Positions 20,408 through 29,502 of a DNA stretch of 64,000 bases are shown piece after piece; position 1 is the first letter of the stretch, and each line of letters starts with the position of its first letter. This DNA is from an uncultured Eubacteriales bacterium (GTDB lineage: Bacteria > Bacillota > Clostridia > Oscillospirales > Oscillospiraceae). The DNA is taken from positions 4,285 to 68,284 of the forward strand of contig UQXI01000007.1 of assembly GCA_900544975.1 (NCBI GenBank). Reading direction: 5' to 3'. The notes beneath the pieces are model-generated. The model was not told the origin of the DNA and did no database searches. It worked only from the letters and a program-made list of their open reading frames with translations. Position numbers and translations under genes: made by a program.

Positions 20408-20436
20408 TTGCAAAAAGAGTCGGGCTACTGTATAAT
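20408..20436 (+). promoter_or_regulatory. Sigma-A-type promoter (TTGCAA-17-TATAAT) for SLH/Big_2 protein gene
   Basis: ttgcaa aaagagtcgggctactg tataat lies ~50 nt upstream of the ATG at 20487. Confidence 0.55.
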
Positions 20437-20486
20437 CAGATCATCCTGAGCCTCTGATTTATGGGGCACACTTTGAAAGGAAGAGA

Positions 20487-22247
20487 ATGATGAGGAAGCT
20501 TTTATCAGTTGCCCTTGCACTTTGTATTGTGTTAGGGCTGTGCGGAACCCTGGGCGCCAATGCCCAGCCCATAGCTGCCGGCTGCTGGATTTCGACGGAC
20601 AGCTCCAGCCGGGGGAAGACCGTGGTAGCGGGCCAAACCATGGAGCTGGATGCCTATATCTTTTGCACCGGCCCGGTCGGTGGAGGGAGTGGTACATATG
20701 CGTATCATGTAGAAATCTATCCGGGAATTCTGAAGCGTATTCCTGAAGATATGAAGCCGGTGTTCTCTCACAGAACTGTGGTAAATTCCTGGACGGAGGA
20801 GCACCGCGTCTTCCGGTGGGATACCAGCGGCTGCCCGGTAGGGGACTATACCGCTATCTTCTATTCCACTCGCGACGACTACATTTTAACCGCCCAGTAT
20901 GCCGACCTGTACGTCACAAACACATCCAAGCCGCTGACCGGCGCCGCCTTCATGGACGAGGACGGCGAAGTGATTACCAGCCTGACTCTGTACGAGGGCT
21001 ACACCACCAGGGGCGACTTTGACTTTTTCCTAACCAGGTCTCCCTACCACGCCACCAGCGGCGACGAATTGGGAACCGCCACCGTGGCGGACCCCTCAAT
21101 TATCAGCCTCACACAATCTCATGGCTTCTTCAGCGCCAAGGCCCTAAAGGTCGGCTCCACCACTATCACCGGTACTCTGAATGGGAAAAAGGCCACCTTA
21201 CAGGTGACCGTAATCCCGGTGCCAAGCGAATTCGGCTTCCCGGAGTACAGCTTCCGGTTCTGTATGCACCATCCCCAGCATGAGCTGACCTTGCAAGTTT
21301 CCCCCTACAACGGCCTGCCTATCAAGTGGCGTTCGTACAATGAGGACGTTGTAAAAATTTTAAAAACTGAAGGCCAGACCGTAACTTATCAGCTGGTGGG
21401 AGCCGGCGAAACCATTCTGGAAGCTGTCTATGCCGGCTATTTCGCTAGAGCAACCATCCGCGTGTATGAGGATCATTGCTATTATCAGAAGGAGTACCAG
21501 CCTGCCAGCTGTACAGAAGACGGCTACATCATCTCTGCCTGCTCCTTCTGCGGCGATGAGAAGCGGGAAATTCTCCCCGCATATGGTCACTCGATTCCAG
21601 AGCTGACCGTGGACACCCCCAATACCGCTACCCAGCCTGGCGTAGGTCACGGATTCTGCCAATACTGCCAGCGTACAGTCACCGTGGAAATTCCGCCTGT
21701 GTTCATTGATACGCAGCCCAAGGCCTACTACGCAATTCCCCTGGACTACTGCTACGAACAGGGCCTCGTCAACGGCATCACCGCCACCACCTTCGGCCCC
21801 AAGGTAAACCTGACTCGGGCCATGATGGTGACGCTTCTGTACCGGATGGAGGGGACACCCGCCGTAACGGGAACCTGCCAGTTCACAGACGTGGAGCCGG
21901 GAGCTTTCTACTATGACGCAGTACTCTGGGGCCAGGAAAACGGCATTGTTCAGGGTACCTCCGACACCAAATTCAGTCCCAAGATGAATATCACACGGGA
22001 GCAGCTGATAACGTTTTTGTACCGGTACGCCCAGCAGAAAGGTATGGACACAAGCATCGCAGGCGACCTGACGGCATTCACGGACGCAGATCGGATCCAA
22101 CCTTACGCAAAAGACGCCATGCTCTGGGCTGTTGGAGTTCGCCTGATCCAGGGAATCACCGAGACTACCCTGGCTCCTGCCGGAACTGCCCTGCGCAGCC
22201 AGGCGGTCACGTTCCTGTACCGCTTCGCCGGCCTGCAGGAGGCCTGA
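20487..22247 (+). CDS. Secreted SLH-domain cell-wall protein with Big_2 domain and one Cys-rich CTEDGY...CxxCG...GH module
   Basis: Signal peptide MMRKLLSVALALCIVLGLCGTLGANA. Big_2-like segment ADPSIISLTQSHGFFSAKALKVGSTTITGTLNGKKATLQVTVI. Module CTEDGYIISACSFCGDEKREILPAYGHS. Three SLH domains at the C-terminus. Confidence 0.8.
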   Translation: MMRKLLSVALALCIVLGLCGTLGANAQPIAAGCWISTDSSSRGKTVVAGQTMELDAYIFCTGPVGGGSGTYAYHVEIYPGILKRIPEDMKPVFSHRTVVNSWTEEHRVFRWDTSGCPVGDYTAIFYSTRDDYILTAQYADLYVTNTSKPLTGAAFMDEDGEVITSLTLYEGYTTRGDFDFFLTRSPYHATSGDELGTATVADPSIISLTQSHGFFSAKALKVGSTTITGTLNGKKATLQVTVIPVPSEFGFPEYSFRFCMHHPQHELTLQVSPYNGLPIKWRSYNEDVVKILKTEGQTVTYQLVGAGETILEAVYAGYFARATIRVYEDHCYYQKEYQPASCTEDGYIISACSFCGDEKREILPAYGHSIPELTVDTPNTATQPGVGHGFCQYCQRTVTVEIPPVFIDTQPKAYYAIPLDYCYEQGLVNGITATTFGPKVNLTRAMMVTLLYRMEGTPAVTGTCQFTDVEPGAFYYDAVLWGQENGIVQGTSDTKFSPKMNITREQLITFLYRYAQQKGMDTSIAGDLTAFTDADRIQPYAKDAMLWAVGVRLIQGITETTLAPAGTALRSQAVTFLYRFAGLQEA

Positions 22248-22285
22248 CTGACGGGCCGAAGCCCTTTTCCCCACCTTGACATGCA

Positions 22286-22333
22286 AAACCGCAGACTCCG
22301 AACCGCTTCCCATTCGGAGTCTGCGGCTTTTTA
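22286..22333 (+). terminator. Rho-independent terminator (aaaccgcagactccgaa...ttcggagtctgcggcttttt)
   Basis: Perfect 15-bp stem followed by a T-run, 40 nt after the stop of the SLH protein. Confidence 0.75.
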
Positions 22334-22494
22334 CGCCGTGTAGACGTCTGCCCTTTTTCAGAAAAGCCTACCAGCGCAAAAAATGCCACCTCTGAAATCA
22401 ACCCCGAGGTGACGTGATCATTCACGTTACACGACATTCCGCTGGAGCATTCCAAGGAAGCAGCGCTTCAACCATATCTTGCTGAGCCACATCT

Positions 22495-22533
22495 CTGGCC
22501 TGTTGCAAAAATTCGTTTGTTGCAACAGGCCAG
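22495..22533. promoter_or_regulatory. Perfect 14-bp inverted repeat (ctggcctgttgcaa-N11-ttgcaacaggccag), candidate operator upstream of the BSH promoter
   Basis: Seen in sequence. It is not followed by a T-run, so it is unlikely to be a terminator. The core TTGCAACAGGC resembles the palindrome at 51434-51470. Confidence 0.4.
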
Positions 22534-22603
22534 TCCCATATGATGAGATGAGGGAAAAAAAGTGGAGTCTCCCACCCTAAATAAAAATTTTACGTTCCCT
22601 TCG

Positions 22604-22612
22604 TGGTATAAT
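22604..22612 (+). promoter_or_regulatory. Extended -10 promoter element (TGgTATAAT) upstream of choloylglycine hydrolase gene
   Basis: tcgTGgTATAATag lies ~70 nt upstream of the ATG at 22681. The -35 is weak. Confidence 0.45.
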
Positions 22613-22680
22613 AGAAACAGCAACCAAGGCGCCGTCAATCTCTCCCCGAACATCGGGGACTGCATCTGGGAGGTTTTTTT

Positions 22681-23658
22681 ATGTGTACTGCAATCACCTA
22701 TCAAACGAAAGACCATTATTTTGGGCGAAACCTGGATCTGGAGTATGTCTACCGGGAGACCGTAACCATTACACCCAGGAACTACCCCTTCCGGTTCCGG
22801 CAAATGGGGACCATGGAGCGGCACTACGCCATGATCGGCATGGCCTACGTGCTGGGGGACTACCCCCTGTATTACGACGCCACCAACGAAGCCGGGCTCA
22901 GTATGGCGGGGCTCCACTTTCCGGACAACGCCGTGTACCGTCCCGAGGAGCCGGGGTGGGACAACGTGGGGTCCTTTGAGTTCATTCCCTGGATCCTGGG
23001 CCAATGCGCCACCGTCCAGGAGGCCCGAGCCCTGCTGGACCGTCTGAGCCTGTGGGACACTCCCTTCAGCTCGGAGCTGCCCCCCTCTCCCCTGCATTGG
23101 ATGATCTCAGACCGGAACAGCTCCATCACTGTAGAACCTCTGGCCGATGGCCTGCGGGTCTATGACAACCCGGTGGAAACCCTGACCAACAACCCGCCCT
23201 TTGATTATCAGGTCAAAAATCTGTCCAACTACCTGAATCTCACGGCCTGCGTCCCGGAAAACCGCTTCTGTACGCAGCTGAACCTCACCCCGTACAGCAA
23301 GGGAATGGGGGCCATGGGGCTGCCTGGGGACCTGTCTTCCGCCTCCCGGTTCGTGCGGGCTGCCTTCACCCGGATGAATTCCGTGGCCGGTGACTCGGAA
23401 TCGGAGAGCGTCAGTCAGTTCTTTCAAATCCTGCGTTCTGTCGCCATGGCCCGGGGCTGCGTACGCCTGGGCGGGGACAGCTACGAGATCACCGTCTACT
23501 CCTCCTGCTGCAACACAGACCGGGGCATCTATTACTACACCACCTATGAAAACAGCCAGATTTCCGCCGTGGACCTCCATGGAGAGGACCTGGATGGAAC
23601 CCGCCTGGTGTCCTATCCCCTCATCACCGGGCAACAAATCCGAATGCAGAACCGGTAA
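22681..23658 (+). CDS. Choloylglycine hydrolase family protein (Ntn-hydrolase; bile salt hydrolase / penicillin V acylase type)
   Basis: Starts MCTAITY, so the catalytic Cys2 follows the initiator Met. Length (325 aa) is typical. NRxxD-like motifs (GRNLDLEY) are present. RBS GGGAGG lies 8 nt upstream. Confidence 0.85.
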   Translation: MCTAITYQTKDHYFGRNLDLEYVYRETVTITPRNYPFRFRQMGTMERHYAMIGMAYVLGDYPLYYDATNEAGLSMAGLHFPDNAVYRPEEPGWDNVGSFEFIPWILGQCATVQEARALLDRLSLWDTPFSSELPPSPLHWMISDRNSSITVEPLADGLRVYDNPVETLTNNPPFDYQVKNLSNYLNLTACVPENRFCTQLNLTPYSKGMGAMGLPGDLSSASRFVRAAFTRMNSVAGDSESESVSQFFQILRSVAMARGCVRLGGDSYEITVYSSCCNTDRGIYYYTTYENSQISAVDLHGEDLDGTRLVSYPLITGQQIRMQNR

Positions 23659-23818
23659 GCGCCGCCTCTGAGGATCCATGGACCGGGGACCGGTTGCGTG
23701 CAAATCCAATATGAATTCTAAGTATTTGCCCAATTGGAACCCCCAGGGGGGCTTGCGTGGTGCAGGGCCGTGCGATATACTGGCGGAGGTAAAAAACAGC
23801 GAAACAGGAGGAAACCCC

Positions 23819-25423
23819 ATGAAAAAAGTTGTTCTTTCTCTCACCCTCGCCCTGCTCACCGGCGCGTCCCTGCTCGCCGGCTGCGCCTCCCAGACCCAGG
23901 AGCCAGAACACAACCCCCAAGACGAAGTGGTCATCTCCATCTCCAGCGAACCAGACACTCTGGACCCCTGCCAGGGCTGGGGCCACGGCACCACCCCCCT
24001 GGTCCAAAGCACCCTGGTGGAATATGACTATGACATGCAGTTTGTCAACGACCTGGCAACGGGCTACACCCTGTCCAGCGACGGCCTCACCTGGACCTTC
24101 ACCCTCCGGGACGACGCCAAATTTACCGACGGCCAGCCGGTGACCGCCCAGGACGTGGCCTTTACCTTCCGCACCGCAAAGACCAGCCAATCCTCCCTGG
24201 ACCTCACCTTCCTGGAAGAGGCGACGGCTGTAGACAGCACCACGGTGGTATTCACCCTCAACAAGCCCACCTCCTCCTTCCTCAACACCGTTGCCACCGT
24301 GGGCATCGTGCCGGAACACGCCTATGGTCCTGACTATGGAACCAATCCTGTGGGGTCCGGCCCCTACCAATTCGTCCAGTGGAACAAGCAGGAGCAGCTC
24401 ATTCTGGAAGCCAACGACGACTATTACGGCAAGACGCCTGCCATCCGGAAGGTGACCATCGTCTTCCAGGATGAGGACGCAGCCCTGGCAGCCGTGCGGG
24501 CGGGACAAGTGGACATTGCCCTCACCGCCGCCACCTTGGCCACCACCCAGGTGCCGGGCTACACTGTAAAAGCTGTAACTTCCGTGGATAACCGGGGCCT
24601 CACCCTGCCGGTGGAGCCGGACACCGGCAAAACCACAGAGTCTGGCCAGCCCATTGGCAACAACGTCACCTGCAACCTGGAAATCCGCCAGGCCATGGCC
24701 TACGCCATCGACCGGCAGCAGGTGGCAGCTGCCGCCCTCAACGGCTTCGGCTCTCCCTGCTACTCCGAAAATGACGGCATGCCCTGGAACAACCCGGAGG
24801 TGGCTCTGGAAACCGATGTGGAATATGCCAAGAAACTCCTGGCAGACGGAGGCTGGGCCGACACCGACGGAGACGGCATCGTGGAAAAGGACGGGCTCAA
24901 AGCGGAGTTCACCTGCCTGTATGGCAGCGGCGACTCCGTCCGCCAGGCTGTGGCCATGGCGACGGCAGAGCAGCTCCGGTCCATTGGCATCCAGATGCAC
25001 GTGGAGGGCACCAGCTGGGATGACATCTCCAAGCGCATGTTTTCCAACGCCGTACTCATGGGCTGGGGCGCCGCCAACCCCTATGAGAGCTATTGCCTGT
25101 ATCACAGCAGCTACGCTCTGCGGGACGACTACTACAACCCCGAGGGCTATGTTTCCTCAGTGACCGACGGCTATCTGGAGGCCGCCATGGAGGCCCTGGA
25201 CACGGAGACGGCTTATCAAAACTGGAAGCTGGCCCAATGGGACGGCGCCACCGGCACCTCCATGAAAGGACAGTGCCCCTGGGTCTGGATCGTCAATGTG
25301 CAGCATGTGTACTATGTCCGCGACGGCCTGGACATCGGCCCCCAGCAGCTCCATCCCCACGGCGCTTCCATGCCCCTGCTCAAAAATCTCCGGGACTGGA
25401 CTTGGAACAGCTCTAATTCATAA
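23819..25423 (+). CDS. ABC transporter substrate-binding lipoprotein, family 5 (OppA/DppA/NikA-like)
   Basis: Start MKKVVLSLTLALLTGASLLAGC, with lipobox LAGC. RBS AGGAGG. Overall SBP_bac_5-like sequence with a Thr/Asp-rich mature N-terminus. The ORF track extends upstream to 23678, but the signal peptide defines the start. Confidence 0.85.
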   Translation: MKKVVLSLTLALLTGASLLAGCASQTQEPEHNPQDEVVISISSEPDTLDPCQGWGHGTTPLVQSTLVEYDYDMQFVNDLATGYTLSSDGLTWTFTLRDDAKFTDGQPVTAQDVAFTFRTAKTSQSSLDLTFLEEATAVDSTTVVFTLNKPTSSFLNTVATVGIVPEHAYGPDYGTNPVGSGPYQFVQWNKQEQLILEANDDYYGKTPAIRKVTIVFQDEDAALAAVRAGQVDIALTAATLATTQVPGYTVKAVTSVDNRGLTLPVEPDTGKTTESGQPIGNNVTCNLEIRQAMAYAIDRQQVAAAALNGFGSPCYSENDGMPWNNPEVALETDVEYAKKLLADGGWADTDGDGIVEKDGLKAEFTCLYGSGDSVRQAVAMATAEQLRSIGIQMHVEGTSWDDISKRMFSNAVLMGWGAANPYESYCLYHSSYALRDDYYNPEGYVSSVTDGYLEAAMEALDTETAYQNWKLAQWDGATGTSMKGQCPWVWIVNVQHVYYVRDGLDIGPQQLHPHGASMPLLKNLRDWTWNSSNS

Positions 25424-25448
25424 AGTCATAGATCCTTTTCCATGGGGA

Positions 25449-25700
25449 ATTGCGAATTCGCCGAACGTGAGAGGAACATGCAAAATGTTTCTGCCGGGCG
25501 GACACATAGGTCCGCCCCTACGGCAGATGGGAAGTCTGGGCAGAAATTGCTCGACACATTTTGTCATTTTAGTGCCCCGTATCTAGCGAAAGCATTCTCA
25601 TTTTACGGAAACACCGAAGAATCTATCAACGCACCACGTTGCGATACGATCGTAGGGGCGGACCTATGTGTCCGCCCGTAGCAGACACTACGATTTTGCC
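25449..25700. repeat. Copy A of ~250-bp interspersed element with 27-bp hairpin-forming terminal inverted repeats (GGGCGGACACATAGGTCCGCCCCTACG ... CGTAGGGGCGGACCTATGTGTCCGCCC); MITE/REP-like or structured ncRNA
   Basis: Shares the ATTGCGAATT(c/t)GCCGAA leader, the arm sequences and the internal GGGCAGAAATTG(c/t)TC(g/a)ACAC(a/g)TTTTGTCAT with copy B at 40753..41000. It lies in a 333-bp gap inside the ABC transporter operon. Confidence 0.7.
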
Positions 25701-25756
25701 GGACATGCCCCAGGTCTCCTGGGAAAACGGATTACATACAAAGAAGGAAGTGGACT

Positions 25757-26749
25757 ATGACCGGTATGGTTGGCCGATTTGGCCGGATTTTTTTGCGGTA
25801 TGGCTGCAAAACGCTTCTGCTGCTATTGGCAGTCAGCGTCATTGCCTTTATTCTAGTAAGCCTGTCCCCCGTGGACCCGGTGCAGCAGTATGTGCTGGGG
25901 GCCGGGGGCGTCTCTGCAGAGCAGCGGGCGCAGCTGGAGGAATACTGGGGTGTAAATGACCCCCCGGTGGAGCGGTACATCACCTGGCTAAAGGCCCTGG
26001 TCCGGGGAGACTTCGGTCAGTCTCTCTTATATCGTCGCCCTGTTTTGGAGATCATTGGGGAGCGGTTTGTGAACTCTCTGGCTCTGATGCTCTGCGCCTG
26101 GCTGTTCTCCGGCCTCATCGGCTTTGGTCTGGGCTGCGCCATGGGCATGACCCGGGACCGGCTGCCAGACCGGATTCTGAAAAAACTCTGCTACATCCTC
26201 AGCAGCGTCCCCACCTTCTGGCTGGGTTTGGTGTTTTTGTTGGTATTTTCCGTGGGGTTGGGATGGTTTCCCCTGGGTTTTTCCTCCCCCATTGGCGTCC
26301 TCAACCGGGAGGTCACTCTCTGGCAGCGGCTGCACCACCTGGTGCTCCCCGCCCTCACCCTGAGCCTCATGTCCTTTGCAAACATCGCTCTGCACACCCG
26401 GCAGAAGCTGGTGGACGTGCTGGAGAGCGAATATGTCCTCTTTGCCCGGGCCAGAGGGGAGCGTGCCGGAACCATCTTGCGAAGGCATGGGCTGCGGAAC
26501 ATTGCGCTGCCCGCCCTCACCCTCCAGTTTGCCTCCTTCGCCGAGCTCTTCGGCGGCTCCGTGCTGGCTGAGACCGTGTTCTCCTACCCCGGCCTGGGCT
26601 CCGCCGTGGCGGCGGCCGGGCTCAACTCCGACGTGCCGCTGCTGTTGGGCATCACCCTCTTTTCCACCCTGTTTGTCTGCGTGGGCAATCTGATTGCCAA
26701 CCTGCTGTATGGCGTGGTGGATCCTCAGATCCGGGAGGTGACCCTATGA
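25757..26749 (+). CDS. ABC transporter permease (OppB/DppB/NikB-like)
   Basis: Multi-TM protein with the DppB-type N-terminus and the EAA-like region. RBS GAAGGAAG. Confidence 0.85.
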   Translation: MTGMVGRFGRIFLRYGCKTLLLLLAVSVIAFILVSLSPVDPVQQYVLGAGGVSAEQRAQLEEYWGVNDPPVERYITWLKALVRGDFGQSLLYRRPVLEIIGERFVNSLALMLCAWLFSGLIGFGLGCAMGMTRDRLPDRILKKLCYILSSVPTFWLGLVFLLVFSVGLGWFPLGFSSPIGVLNREVTLWQRLHHLVLPALTLSLMSFANIALHTRQKLVDVLESEYVLFARARGERAGTILRRHGLRNIALPALTLQFASFAELFGGSVLAETVFSYPGLGSAVAAAGLNSDVPLLLGITLFSTLFVCVGNLIANLLYGVVDPQIREVTL

Positions 26750-27573
26750 GCCTGCGCTGCAACCGGCGGACCCGGCTGGTCCTCTTCACGGGGCTCATGC
26801 TCCTGGTGCTTCTGGCCGCCTTCCTGGCTGGCCGTCTGATTCCCGACAGCGCTGTGGCGGCAGATTTTACCCGGGTCAAGGAGCCCCCCTCCTGGAGTCA
26901 TCCCTTCGGCACCGACCATCTGGGACGGGACCTCCTTCTGCGGACCCTGAAGGGCCTGTCCACCAGCCTCACCATTGGAATCGTTGCCTCTCTCATCAGC
27001 GCCATTGCGGCGGTGCTCATTGGCATTGCCGCGGCCACAGGCTCCCGGGCTGTGGACGGCTTCATCACCTGGCTCATCGACCTGGTGATGGGGGTGCCCC
27101 ACACCGTATTGGTGATTCTCATCTCCTTCGCCTGCGGCCGGGGATTGAAGGGGCTGCTCATCGGCGTAGCCGCCACCCACTGGACCAGCCTGGCCCGGCT
27201 CATCCGGGGGGAGGTGCTCCAGCTTCGAAGCCAGCAGTACGTAGCCGTCTCCCGGCGGCTGGGGAAGTCCAGCGGCTGGATCCTTCTGCACCACCTGCTG
27301 CCCCATCTGATCCCCCAATTTCTGGTGGGTCTCATTCTCATGCTCCCTCACGCCATTTTGCACGAGGCCTCCATTTCCTTCCTGGGCTATGGACTGCCCC
27401 CGGAGCAGCCGGCCATTGGCATCATTCTGGCCGAAAGTATGAAGTATCTGTCCGCCGGTATGTGGTGGCCGGCGGTGTTCCCGGGACTGCTGCTGGTGGC
27501 CACGGTGCTGCTCATTGACCGTCTGGGAGAGACCTTGCGGGCCATTCTGGACCCCCACAGCGCCCAAGAATAG
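26746..27573 (+). CDS. ABC transporter permease (OppC/DppC/NikC-like)
   Basis: Contains HPFGTDHLGRDLL, the classic DppC/OppC N-terminal motif. Start overlaps the previous gene by 4 nt (ATGA). Confidence 0.85.
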   Translation: MSLRCNRRTRLVLFTGLMLLVLLAAFLAGRLIPDSAVAADFTRVKEPPSWSHPFGTDHLGRDLLLRTLKGLSTSLTIGIVASLISAIAAVLIGIAAATGSRAVDGFITWLIDLVMGVPHTVLVILISFACGRGLKGLLIGVAATHWTSLARLIRGEVLQLRSQQYVAVSRRLGKSSGWILLHHLLPHLIPQFLVGLILMLPHAILHEASISFLGYGLPPEQPAIGIILAESMKYLSAGMWWPAVFPGLLLVATVLLIDRLGETLRAILDPHSAQE

Positions 27574-27585
27574 GAGGAACCTGCC

Positions 27586-28521
27586 ATGGAACACACACAA
27601 ACGCCCCTTTTGGAGGTATCCGACCTGTCTGTCTCCTTCCGGATGTACGGCAGCGGGCTGGAGCAGCGACAGCTTCCGGTGATCTCCAGTCTGAGTCTTC
27701 GGGTCCTGCCTGGGGAGATCCTGGCAGTGGCAGGCTCCTCCGGCTCCGGGAAGAGCCTACTGGCCTCCGCCATTTTGGGCATTTTGCCGGGCAACGCCAC
27801 CGTATCCGGCGCCTTGCAATTTGACGGAGAACCCCTGACCCCAGAGCGGCAGGCCCGGCTCCGAGGAACCGAAATCGCCCTGGTACCCCAATCCGTCGCC
27901 TTCCTGGACCCCCTGATGAAGGTGGGCGCCCAGGCAGATGGCCACCGGAAGCCTCGGCCCACGGAAGCGCGCCGGGCGCTCTTCCGCCAGTTGGGTCTTC
28001 CGGAGAAGACAGAGCGCCTCTACCCCTTCCAGCTCTCCGGCGGCATGGCCCGTCGGGTTCTGGTGTCCACCGCCCTGCTCTCCGAGGCCCGGCTGATCAT
28101 TGCCGACGAACCGACCCCGGGTATGAGCCTGGAGCAGGCGGAAGAGGCCCTGTCCATGTTCCGGGCCATGGCGGATGCCGGCAAGGGCGTGGTGCTCATC
28201 ACCCACGACATTGACCTGGCTTTCCACATCGCCGACCGGATTGCCGTTTTCTACGCAGGAACCACCGTGGAGACCGCCCCGGCGGCGGACTTTCGCCGTG
28301 GGCCGGAGGCCCTGCGCCATCCTTACAGTCAGGCGCTTTGGCGCGCCCTGCCCCAGCATGGGTTCCAGCCCATTCCGGGCTTTCAGCCCTATGCGGGAAG
28401 CCTCCCCCAGGGCTGTCTTTTCGCCCCCCGCTGTCCCCACCGGACGGCGGAATGTGAACAAGCGGTCCCGCCCATGGAGACGGTGCGGAGCGGAGAAGTG
28501 AGGTGCTACCATGCGACTTGA
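27586..28521 (+). CDS. ABC transporter ATP-binding protein (OppD/DppD/NikD-like)
   Basis: Walker A GSSGSGKS, signature LSGGMARRV, Walker B IIADEPT. Confidence 0.85.
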   Translation: MEHTQTPLLEVSDLSVSFRMYGSGLEQRQLPVISSLSLRVLPGEILAVAGSSGSGKSLLASAILGILPGNATVSGALQFDGEPLTPERQARLRGTEIALVPQSVAFLDPLMKVGAQADGHRKPRPTEARRALFRQLGLPEKTERLYPFQLSGGMARRVLVSTALLSEARLIIADEPTPGMSLEQAEEALSMFRAMADAGKGVVLITHDIDLAFHIADRIAVFYAGTTVETAPAADFRRGPEALRHPYSQALWRALPQHGFQPIPGFQPYAGSLPQGCLFAPRCPHRTAECEQAVPPMETVRSGEVRCYHAT

Positions 28522-29158
28522 AGCAAACCATGTGTCCTTCCGATACAGCGGGAAAAGCCCCTGGATCCTGGAAGACTTGAGCCTCGGGGTGGACAGTGGA
28601 GAGCGCTTGGGACTCTTCGCCCCCAGCGGCTACGGCAAAAGCACCCTGGCCCGGCTCCTGGCCGGTTACCTGACGCCCCAGGCGGGGCAAATCCTCCTGG
28701 ACGGCAAGCCCCTTCCCCAAAGGGGGATCTGCCCCGTCCAGCTGATTTGCCAGCATCCGGAGAAGGCCATCAATCCCCGGTGGCGGCTGAAGCAGGTCCT
28801 GGAGGAGAGCGGGACGCTCCGGCCGGACGTCCTGGCCTCTTTTGGCATCGAACTCGCCTGGCTGGACCGGTTCCCCCGGGAGCTGTCCGGCGGGGAGCTT
28901 CAGCGCTTTTGCGTGGCCCGCGCCCTCATGAGCGGGGCGGATTTTCTGATCTGTGACGAAATCAGTACCATGCTGGATGTGATCACCCAGGCTCAAATCT
29001 GGAACAAAATTCTGGAAGAGGCCGCAGCCCGCGGCATGGGTCTCATCGCCGTCACCCACAACCGCGCCCTGGCCAGCCGGATCTGTACCCGGGTGTACGA
29101 TCTCTCCACCAGGGAATGCTGGGTTCCCGGAGATGGACAGGTCCAGAAGCAACCCTAA
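28511..29158 (+). CDS. ABC transporter ATP-binding protein (OppF/DppF/NikE-like, short form)
   Basis: Walker A APSGYGKST, signature LSGGELQRF, Walker B LICDE. It is 215 aa and lacks the C-terminal oligopeptide extension. Confidence 0.85.
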   Translation: MRLEANHVSFRYSGKSPWILEDLSLGVDSGERLGLFAPSGYGKSTLARLLAGYLTPQAGQILLDGKPLPQRGICPVQLICQHPEKAINPRWRLKQVLEESGTLRPDVLASFGIELAWLDRFPRELSGGELQRFCVARALMSGADFLICDEISTMLDVITQAQIWNKILEEAAARGMGLIAVTHNRALASRICTRVYDLSTRECWVPGDGQVQKQP

Positions 29159-29162
29159 AAAA

Positions 29163-29228
29163 GCGCCCCAGCCAATCCCATCGTAAAATAGACGGGATTG
29201 GCCGGGGCACATTTTTTGGATTGATTTC
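29163..29228 (+). terminator. Intrinsic terminator after ABC operon
   Basis: gcgccccagccaatccc...gggattggccggggc is followed by acatttttt. Confidence 0.65.
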
Positions 29229-29502
29229 GCCGGGAATTCGTAGTAGAATACATAGCATTCCGCTTGATGTACTGGCGGGCGAATGCTCGCCCGCCTCCGG
29301 CTCCATGGCTGCCGGTTCGCATCTACCGCATGCAATTGCTGTGGGATACACTTGACAGTCGATGTACCTCTGGGGAGTCCGGCTTTGAATGCGTTGCGCT
29401 TCGCTTTTCATCGGCGGTCTCGCCTCTGTTCATCTTCTGTCCAAGCCTATTATGTCCCCCCAGGCCGAAATCATACCACACTTTTTGAAAAGGAGGGGTT
29501 CG

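Noticed and set aside
23624-25105. 493-aa minus-strand ORF (and 23107..24012) opposite the BSH and ABC substrate-binding genes
   Set aside because: Antisense to genes with strong homology. Gly/Ala-rich low complexity.
25442-25681. 79-aa ORF inside repeat copy A, and the analogous 85-aa ORF 40730..40987 in copy B
   Set aside because: The two copies conserve only the inverted-repeat arms at the peptide level (GRTHRSAP..IVGADLCVRP). The internal region differs, so selection is on nucleotide structure, not on a protein.
29389-29502. N-terminal extension of the bofA ORF (start at 29389 in the ORF track)
   Set aside because: No RBS at 29389. An AGGAGG-ATG lies at 29503 and the BofA family is ~85-90 aa, so the extension is not adopted.
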